This document shows, piece after piece, positions 54,710 to 64,000 of a DNA stretch of 64,000 nt; the first letter of the stretch is position 1; each line of letters starts with the position of its first letter. The position numbers and the translations under genes are program-made. The DNA is taken from contig OX597815.1 in NCBI GenBank assembly GCA_951406725.2, positions 147,126,001 through 147,190,000 on the forward strand. The letters run 5' to 3'. The notes below the pieces were generated by a model. It had not been told where the DNA came from. It did not search any database and worked only from the letters and a program-made list of their open reading frames with translations. Source of the DNA: Octopus vulgaris. Lineage: Eukaryota.

Positions 54710-55116
54710 GACGGGCTTCTTTCAGTTTCTGTCTACCAAATCCACTCACAAGAGTTTGGTCGGCCCGAGGCTATAGTATAAAACACTGGCCCTAAGTACT
54801 ACGCTGTGGAACTCAACCCGGAACCATGTGGTTGAGAAGCAAGCTTCTTACCATACAGCCACTCGAGCTTGCTTCCTTATATAAATATTTTACCTATACA
54901 TTTTTAATTGCAATATTTGATTTGGTGGGAAATCAGGACCTTTTATTTTTAATACACTAAACTCAAAATAATAACTTTAGTTATTAGTTATGACGAAGCT
55001 AAAAAGTAACATGCACTAAATCAACATGGAATATAGATGTTAGTCCATGCGTAGTAATCGGAATGTTAGGTTGCAATGTTGGTAACAGATTTCATTTGAA
55101 ATGACACCACATTTAC

Positions 55117-55364
55117 CGAGCTCTAGATTACGTTTTGTACTTTAGACCTCAATGAAAAAGAAAGAGCACACGATCCGGGCATTGGATTAACGTAATTGTC
55201 TGATCGTTGGCCAAAATATTTTGCCTCATCGAAACAGACTCTAGGTGTTCTAACGGCAACGCTTTTGAGGAAATTGTTTCCTATCGTAACAAATGCAGTT
55301 CTTTTTGAGAATTCTGACGGCGTTGATTGCGATCTAGAGTGTATGAGCAATGGACAATCCTACA
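55117..55364 (-). other. Candidate exon
   Basis: Long polypyrimidine tract TTTTGCTTTTGTTTTTGCTCTTTTTTTCTAG acceptor and a weak CG|GTAAAT donor; product unknown. Confidence 0.3.
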
Positions 55365-57767
55365 CTAGAAAAAAAGAGCAAAAACAAAAGCAAAAATAAA
55401 ACGTCACCTGACATGCAGACAGGACCGTCGGTGACTTAACACAAACCTACAAATATATATCAAGCTACCAACCAACCAACCAGCCAACCAATCAGCCGAA
55501 CAACGAAACTGCCTAGTTACATATATAATTACCTACACAAACACAGACACACAGGCACACAGAGGCACAAGCACAGACACAAACACACATATGTGTACGT
55601 ATATATATATAGGCATACATACACATATGCATACATACATATGTACATACATGCATATATATATATCCATCCATCCATCCATCCATCCATCCATCCATCC
55701 ATCCATCCATCCATCCATCCATCCATCCATCCATCCATCCATACATCAATCCATACATACATACATACATACATACATACATACATACATACAAACATAC
55801 ATACATACAGGTATCCATGAATAAAAATCTTGAGGGAATGCGGCACAGTATTAAGTAACCACATAGTGAGGCTTTCTTCGAAAACACCCTGACAGGTGCC
55901 ACTACACCATATCAGAGTATAGTCGGGAACAGTACTGGCCAAGATGTCGTCCCGTAGTCTTCGAAATTCTGGAACTCTTAAATAATGTCCCATACTCGAG
56001 TCCAGCTTAAAGTAATGCTTAAGAATAATACACACATACACACACGCGCGTACACACACGCGCTCGAACATACTCTATCAACTCAAACTACATCCAAAAT
56101 AATCTTTCGGCATATGTGTGTAGTGATACGACGGATATAACGTCATAAAGTGCGAGTTTATTGATCTTTATATTGTTGCAGAATTTAATGAGAATTTTCC
56201 CCTTATTGATTTCCGCTTATATAGAGATGATGGGTTGGCTAGATCCCAATATGTCAATGAATTCACTCTTGTCTCACTAAGAAAATATTTAATACTAAAT
56301 TTAAAAAAGGAAATTAGTTTAAAACGGACTGAATCAACATGCGCAGTGTTATGGTCTAAGATATCTTCCCTGAAAACCACGCAATCACTTGCCTTAATTA
56401 AATAGAATGTTGTCACAAACTCCAATCAACAGCACGCAGGGTAGTGATAACACATTCTATTAACAGTGGAAACATCTTTGTGTGACAGAATAGAATTATT
56501 CTCAACAAGAAAGAGCCTGAAATCTAAGTTTTCTAATGTTATTATCATTAATGAAATATTTGATATTAAAGCAATAGTCGCGAGTTTACATCGTCAGGAA
56601 ACTATTTACTGTCAGGATATCCATACATTGCAACATATACAAGTAGAAATAGGAAGGTAAACGGTTTGGGTTAGAGAGAGTGCGAAATAAAAAGTGGAAA
56701 ATGAAAAGAACGGAGAACGTGGTTGAAGTATTTGTAGTGAATACAAGTTTTGTTTCTCGTTCTAGTATGCATAATCTACCACTTCAGTTACTAGATAAGA
56801 TGTGGAAAAGAAGGTGGAGGGAAACTCAGTAGTCTTAGGCTTTTATCAGTTTACAAAAATTTCGTACCTGAAGATTCGTTACTAAAAATAACGCTTGGAT
56901 AGTACACTTTTTCTTGACAGGTATAAATACGACTGGCTGAAGTTTGTCACGTGAAAAATCTATCGACTAAGAGTTGAATTTTTCATATCTCTCATTATGA
57001 ACTTGCAATTATACCGATGGATTGTAATCAATATGTAGCTGTGATAGCGAACCGCTTTTCTCTAGTTATTATTGTCGGTCTTCTCTATGTTGCTCACGGA
57101 AGATGTATACCAACAAAATATTTAGCGTTGGTTTGTCGAATTTTGCAAAAACATGGAGGAAGATTCCCGGGGGAATAAACGTTCTATGAACAGAAGTTAC
57201 ACTGTCTCAAATGCACCAGGGCTGAACTATGTACGCTACTGAACGACGTCAGCAGGGTAAATTCAATATTTGCTATTCTGAAAGAGATATTATATATTCA
57301 GAGTAGCAGTTCATAATGATAGTAATAAAGAAATAGATAATGACCATAATACTTAATTGTGACAAGGCACAATACATTTAATATTTAAAGGAAGATAAAT
57401 AAGCTATTCCGATCTTCCAATTTTTCTCAAGAGTATTCACAGTAAAGTTAATGTGATACAAATTCGACTAAGAATTATAACCATCAGACGATATAAATTT
57501 TACAAGGAGGCAACAGGACACACATCGATGCTGACAACAAATATCAATATTGTAAGAAATATTCGAATCAATATTGTAAAAATTGCAGTGAAGCAGAAAT
57601 TTCTAGTCAATTTGTTATGAAAAAAAAAGGAAAGAAACAGCAAATATAGCAACCAATAGTTAAAAAATATACAACTTTTTTTAGAAATAAGTTGCATGAA
57701 TCGTTGTGGAGCAGTGCATATTGTTATTTCATAGTTGTAATTTTCTCCGTTTGCCATGGTTAGTTTC

Positions 57768-58183
57768 ATATTTATGGCACATATTACAGGTCAAGTCTCA
57801 GATAGCGGTCACTATTAGCACATTTTGAAGCACATATTATTGGTGAAAGTAGTGACCAAAAATAGAATATATTTGTTGCATATATTACAGATGAAATAGC
57901 GAATGGTAGTCAAAATATCAAATATTTGTGCCGCATTTTACAAATGAAATCTCAAATAGGGTCAGAAATAGAGTATACTTGTAACGTATGTTACAGGTGA
58001 ACATTTAAATATCGGCCATAAATAGAACATACTTATAGCATAAATTATAGAAGTTTTAAACAATGTCAGCTAATAGCACATATTTGCAGCATATATTATT
58101 CCAGTGATGCCTCAATCAACGGTCACTTATGGTAGATATTTGTAGTATATATTACAGTCGAAGCCTCAAATAGCGGCCACATG
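57768..58183. repeat. Old degenerate minisatellite, ~53-bp unit, about 8 copies
   Basis: Recurrent ATATTTGTAGCATATATTACAGGTGAA..CTCAAATAGCGGTCA..AATAG. Confidence 0.75.
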
Positions 58184-58325
58184 TTATTCGCACAACCTAC
58201 GTCCGTTTCTACAAAGGTAAATTAATTATCCCATTATTATGAGCAGAGTAAACTAAGTGCTACAATAATATCAGGCTAGGTTACATATGGGGGCACGTGC
58301 CATTGCCGCGCGACAATATACTCAC

Positions 58326-58479
58326 CATTTTGCAGGTATTTGCTTGGGTTTCCCCGTGTAACCCTTCGAGTAGTGTCCCAATTAGCCCTCATCGCTACGA
58401 CGTTTTCTGCGGCTGACCTACACAAGCCGTCACTGCAGCCGATCATCGGGTCAGTGAACACGGTATACAGGATCAAACT
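58326..58479 (-). other. Candidate 154-bp CpG-rich exon
   Basis: Acceptor TTTCTTGATTTTCTAG, consensus donor CAAAATG|GTGAGT, GC/CpG content far above surroundings. Confidence 0.45.
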
Positions 58480-59449
58480 CTAGAAAATCAAGAAACATAA
58501 CCAAACAATTTGTATTGATGCTCCCGAAACCTAAAAGTAACATTCATGGCGATTTCCAGATTTCAGAAACGAAACATCTCTGGAAAAAGTTTCTTAGTAG
58601 TGTCACTATTTCATAAATATTAATGCAAGAAAAACTAGAACATTATGCCTGTAAAGCTTAAAAATACAATGGAGGTAGGAAATAGATAGTAAGTGAAGGT
58701 CGAGAGATGTGAATGGTGTACATGCTTCTAAGATGCACGTACATTTGAAAGATCAGTTTTTTTGGCCACACAAAATTACAAACATTACGACGTGGAGTGA
58801 TAAGAAAAATATCTTGAAAATTGCTACTGCTAACGCTTAGTGAAATTCGCAAATTACAAGGAAAATCTTAATATATGAGACATAAAACATTCATGTGAGA
58901 ATATTATATGGCCGTATGATAGATCGTTAGCCACTACACACATTTTTTCTCTTCTTGTTTTTTCTGCGTCCCTTTCTGTAGAAGAGCGTATGCTCAAAAA
59001 GTAAAATACTTTTTCTATTCCTGAGCGTTATACTAATACATCTGTTTGTTTTGTACACTACCTGTCTTCATCTTTTTAATTTTTCTAAACTCTCCCTGTA
59101 TATATTGCATAATATAGCTGTCATGGGGGTTCTAATTATACATAAAATATAAAGTATAACGAAGCAGGTGTTGTACTTAGATAATATTGCAGTCTGTGTT
59201 TAAGCTGTGGAAGAAAAAGGAAACCATTTAGTTCGAATGAAGCAGTGGCATGAGTAAAAGAAAGCTCAGTAAAAGGTTTGATGAATGAATTCTAATCAAG
59301 TAGAGAAACAAAGTAAGTTGTGAAAAGTTTTCGTCTGTTCTGCAGATACAAGAGGTGGGTGTGTAAAAACGTCATTGAAGAGAACGAATGTGTCTGAAAT
59401 AGCCGAAATTATTGTAACCTTCATGCTGGTAGAATAACTGACCAGCATA

Positions 59450-59511
<62 letters not shown>

Positions 59512-59734
59512 ATGCTGCTGCTACTGCTGCTGCTGTTACCACTACTACTACCACCACCACTGCTGCTGCTACTTCTACCACTGCTAATACCATCACCATC
59601 ATTGCTGCAGATACTACTACTACTACTACTACTACTGCTACTAATACTACTACTACTACTAGTACTACTGCTGCTGCTACTACTGTTGCTGCTGCTACTA
59701 CTACTACTACTACCACTACCAACACCAACACCAT

Positions 59735-59775
<41 letters not shown>
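59450..59775. repeat. Compound (CTA)n/(CTG)n/(CCA)n microsatellite
   Basis: Direct reading. Confidence 0.97.
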
Positions 59776-60460
59776 TTTCTATGTTCAATAGTTGGATTTT
59801 TATCAACTTTATTTTGAAAAAAGAAAAAAGAGGCAAATACCGAAGTGTTAGACGAGAGAATCTTATTATCCGTCAAGTGCGAGAATAATAATAACGCAGA
59901 TTACAAGATACATAGACAAACCGTAAGAATTTGTGCAATACGGAAAGAGACGGCTTCGGTATCTTTCCTTTGAATTTTAGAGAAATAGAATTAATCCATA
60001 ATAGAGGCACGGAAGTGTTCAGTGGATTGATAGAAAAGGAAAGAACGTGTATTTTCTGATACACATAAAAGGAGAGAAAGCACAAAAGAGAGAGAATTGA
60101 TAAGCCATAACAGTGTTCAATAGATTTGGCTTATCGTAACTTGAGTAAAATATTTCCGATATCTCTTTGAAGGTACGAGATATCACGGCTCACACAGGAA
60201 ACGGATGTTGATATATATATCAAGTTGAAGGTCGACATTACGTTACGTGGTTTAGGAAGGGGAAATTGCACAGAAATTACTTGATGAAAAATAAGTTTCC
60301 TTTCGTGAATCACGTGTGAGATGAAATATATTAAACTGTTATAGCATTCACGTTGTTTAATGTTATTGCAGTGATGCAAATTTTAACGTAATCGGTATTA
60401 TTAGATAGGGGTAGAAGTGTGGTGAGAGGCTTGGATATGCTATTATGTTTTCCAGATCTG

Positions 60461-60675
60461 AAGGCGGCGAGCTGGCAGAATCGTTAGCGCTCTGTGCAAA
60501 ATACTTAGCGGAATTTCGTCCGTGTTTACGGTCCTAGTTCAAATTCCGCTGAGGTTAACTTTGCCTTTCATATTTTCGGGGTCAATAAAATAAATACTAG
60601 CTGCACCCTGGGGTCGAGGTAATCGACTTTTATCCTTCCCCGGAATCGCTGATCTTGTGACAAATTTAAAATGAA
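60461..60675 (+). mobile_element. tRNA-derived SINE
   Basis: AAGGCGGCGAGCTGGCAGAATCGTTAGC..AGTTCAAATTCCGCTGAGG..GCCTTTCATATTTTCGGGGTCAATAAA. Confidence 0.8.
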
Positions 60676-61659
60676 TAGGTTTTCCAGATTTCGAGAGCCT
60701 CGTACGACTACGACATTACCAGGATAAATAACTTTCTTTGAGTCTGTTATAATTGTTTTGAACGACGTGGTTTTGTGTTCAGTCCTACTGTAGAACACCT
60801 TGGTGAAGTGCCTTCTTATATGTACGCGTGTATGTATGTGTATTTTTGTTTGTCCTCACCGCTGCCTGACAATCGGTTTTAACTTGTTTATCCTATCCAT
60901 CTCTTTTGTGATGGATAGGATAAGTATCAGACTTAAAAATAAATACTTGGATTGATTTTTCCCCAGACCCCTTCAAGGGCGTATCCCAGCATGACCACAG
61001 ATAAATAACACTTTTAAAATAGAAGATGAATAATTACCAGATTACTTACGACTGAGGAAACACTGTAATTCCAATGGAAAATCTCAAGCGGATTACCAAT
61101 CCATTAAAATAACTACTTAGTTAAAATATATCTTTCAATGTTATTTTCATTGAATAGGAATATAATTTGTAAAAATATTTTGCTTCTGACGTTTATACAA
61201 CCAACAAATTTATATACACTTTGTACATTTATAAGGCAGGTGGTCTTTGGTATTCATATGAGAACTTCTTGTTCCATATATTGTAAACTGTTTTCATTTT
61301 CGCAAAACCGTCATAAGAAATAATAAAATATAACATGAGAGAAATATACAAACAAGAAAGGAGACATACGGATATTAAAACAACCAAATTATTCGTCAAC
61401 GTGACAACATATTCGATAAAACTCCACAACTCTGCATACTTGGGGAAGATTTCAGACTATCTTACTCGAAGTAATTTGCTTGATACAGATTTGATCTCGA
61501 AATAGCTACTGTCTAATTACTAGGTCTAATATGATGGGAACCGGGCATAGATTTGTATGAAAAAACTTTAAAAAGGAATTCTCTTGGTAAATATCGAATG
61601 TTTACATTCACATCGATAAAGTCAACTTGCTGCCCACCAATAACTTTTTTCTTTTCCAC

Positions 61660-61862
61660 TCAAGGTACAAGGACCGAAAATTTGGGGAAGGGGGACAGTC
61701 GATTAGATCAACCACAGTACATAACTGGTACTTAATTTATCGACCCCAAAAGGATGAAAGGCAAAGTCGACCTCGGCGGAATTTGAACTCAGAAAGTAAA
61801 GGCAGACGAAATATCCCTAAGCATTTCGCCCGGCGTGCTAACGTTTCTTCCAGCTCGCTTCC
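61660..61862 (-). mobile_element. tRNA-derived SINE
   Basis: Minus GCGAGCTGGAAGAAACGTTAGCACGCCGGG..GAGTTCAAATTCCGCCGAGGTCGACTTTGCCTTTCATCCTTTTGGGGTCGATAAATTAAGTACC. Confidence 0.85.
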
Positions 61863-62399
61863 TTACCAATAACTTTTTCTAGAAATGCAAAGATTGAAGT
61901 ACCAACAAAGCAGCAGTAACTAAAATGTAAAAAACAAGACCCGCATGATGATAACTTTGATTCCAAACGCCTCATCTTGATTTTAATTTGACCCAGAGCT
62001 TCAGTTACATTATAGACGAGATTGCGAAAAGTCATACCAGATAACTTCATCAGCACAAAATCTGGGAATATTCATATTAAAGATTCCCAACACCTGCATA
62101 CACATCATTTACAATATGTTGGAGGTGGACGGGACTTCTGCCAAGCTGAATTCTTTCCACAGAATAATCTTACTTCTACTCTGTTGTAATCTATCTATAA
62201 ATTTGTTTTGGTAAGTATTGACGTATAAATTTATAAAAGCGTTCATTAGAAAACTTTCCTTATTTCTCTAACGATAAGTAATTTACGTTTATATTTTCGT
62301 TTTCCAAGATTCTTGATGTGAATTCGTATGTTGAAACCAATATTGTTGTATTTGGGGGCGGTCATGCTGCCAGTTTAGACAACGTAGACACACGCACTG

Positions 62400-64000
62400 T
62401 TTCAGCTTTATTTCATATTTATTGTATTTCGGCCGGAGTTCTTTCGCCGCATTTCTGTGATCTCATCAGTGGTCCTTTGCTTTCTTCTTTCTTTTGTGTC
62501 TTTCCTTCCTAACAATTTGCCATTTTGCATTCCTGTTGTTTTTGACTTTATTTGCGCATGCGTATATCCCTGTATATGTCTATATATAAGTGTGTGTGGT
62601 GGGGTGTATGGTACTTGCATGATCAGTATCTCCTGTCTATTCACGTTCCATTAATTTACTTTTATTTGTTATATTCATTAGATTTTATCTACTTAAATTT
62701 TCATTTCTTTCTTTTTTTTATTAATTTAATTTAATTTATTATATTTTGTTTATGTATATAATTATTTAATGCTATATATTTATCTGTCTATTATTGTATT
62801 AGTTTCATATTATTATTAGTTTATGGGGATCGTATTCTGTCATAGGTTGTGGTGTGTGTGTGTGGGGGGTGATAGTGTTCCATTTTAGTTTTTCTATTTA
62901 GTCTATGTTTTTTCTTTTATTATGTGTGTAGCTTCAGTAAATTTTCTTAGCGTTGTGTCCGTACTATGTGTGGACAAAATTTTAAATTCTGTTGTTGAGC
63001 CCTCATTCCAGCTCGGCACGTTGGTATAGAACAGCTGAGCTCTTCTCTTCCTTAAGTTCCCTCCAATGCTCATTTACACGTTCTTCTATGCTCCGTGCTG
63101 TCTTCCCTGCGTACTTTGTTGTCTTGTTCCTGCACCGTCCCTCTGTACATCTTATACTATAGACTACACTCCGAGCTTTATAGTTTGTTTGTGGGCTAAA
63201 TCTACATACAATACAGTTCTTATCAGTACAGGGGTTTCTATTAAAAGGGTAGGTTCTACCGATTAGCGATGTGATAGGGTTACCTGTCTTTTCTACAACC
63301 TTAACTCTTAGCCTAAGCTTGTCTAGGGCCCTTCTAAAGCGATACGCTGGTTCGCCTCTAGGGGTTGTTTCGACGAACATGACACTTTTTATTTGTGGGT
63401 ATTATAACATGAGTTGGACTTCTCTGTTTTCTTCTTAGTCCTTTCAATAGTATTTCAGGACTTGCTCCTATAAAATGAGCAAATCCCATTCCTATCATTA
63501 TGTATGTTGGCTTCAAATCTCCTCATGACTCTTTTATATACTGTAATCATTTCTCTATGACAGTATTCTGATAACTGCATGCGGTGAACGAAGTGTTGTA
63601 TGTGTCTATTTAACTCTGTAGGATCGCACATGTGCGACACATATCTCATTACTCTGATGAGGTCTGCCATCAATATATTGAATTTGCCATTGTTCCCGAA
63701 CCTAAGTTCCGGTGGATCAGGTATTTGGAGGCCATAGGTTTGGCATAGAGTGAATAGCGGATTTAGGTTTTACTATTCACTGTTTCCAGCCAGAGTTCTA
63801 TATCTGGTACTGGTAGTCTATGGTTAGCGTGCTTTGTAGTGTAGTCAATCGTCACCTTAATACTTTGGGGGATGGAATTAGCTATTTGCTGGATGCTCTC
63901 CATAGTATTAGTTTCTCTTTCTATTTCAAGGTTACTCTCTTGTGGGGGATTTCCTTTACCACTGTGTTAATATCATCGACATAACGAGAGTACATGTGCA
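62400..64000 (-). mobile_element. Decayed Penelope-like retroelement (RT, Cys linker, C-terminal GIY-YIG; Naiad/Neptune-like), truncated by the window edge
   Basis: YSRYVDDI at 63968-63991, IANSI..IKVTIDY..RLP, YAKPMAS, FVETTP.GE, VKVVEKTG, CTDKNCIVC, VVYSIRC..YAGKTARS..RVNEH; stops and frameshifts; 3' boundary approximate. Confidence 0.88.
62431..62475 (-). ncRNA. Hammerhead motif at the 3' end of the Penelope-like element (core intact, stems eroded)
   Basis: GGACCA-CTGATGA-GATCACA(GAAA)TGCGGC-GAA-AGAACT-C-CGGCC. Confidence 0.55.

Larger units (their letters stand above)
52937..54865 (-). mobile_element. Composite SINE split by the Tc1 insertion (head 54708-54865, tail 52937-53130)
   Basis: Head GTGGCTGTATGGTAAGAAGC..GGTTCCGGGTTGAGTTCC..GAAGCCCGTCG then TA tract; tail resumes beyond the Tc1. 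Confidence 0.8.

Noticed and set aside
57768-58183. CRISPR-like periodic array
   Set aside because: Whole units are degenerate with no constant repeat/unique spacer pattern, no cas genes, and a eukaryotic context
63455-63457. In-frame TGA as selenocysteine (reported for some Naiad elements)
   Set aside because: It falls where Trp is plausible (YRSKS*), the linker cysteines use TGT, the copy has other lesions, and no SECIS was recognised

Overview
Eukaryotic, AT-rich, microsatellite-saturated non-coding DNA. The repeat families resemble those of octopus genomes (inference from recall, no search run). No recognisable host protein-coding gene is present; two minus-strand exon-like segments lie at 55.1 kb and 58.4 kb. 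The window is a transposon landscape: one apparently full-length, ORF-intact CR1/L2-group LINE (20.1-24.9 kb, minus) whose ORF1 combines a trihelix/Myb-like N-terminus with a CCCH zinc-finger array; several 5'-truncated R4/Dong RLE-LINEs stacked in (TAA)n/(CTA)n tracts; an RTE LINE remnant; Tc1 and mariner relics nested inside SINEs; many tRNA-derived SINEs; a probable non-autonomous Helitron; and a Penelope-like (GIY-YIG + RT) element running off the right edge. The most striking signal is invisible to the ORF track: about a dozen type I hammerhead-ribozyme motifs, hand-folded, mostly in 0.2-0.9 kb non-coding units wedged into (TA)n tracts. Some units carry long inverted or direct repeats, and the catalytic cores show compensatory C3-G8, U3-A8 and G3-C8 variants. 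All folds and coordinates were derived by eye and need computational confirmation.
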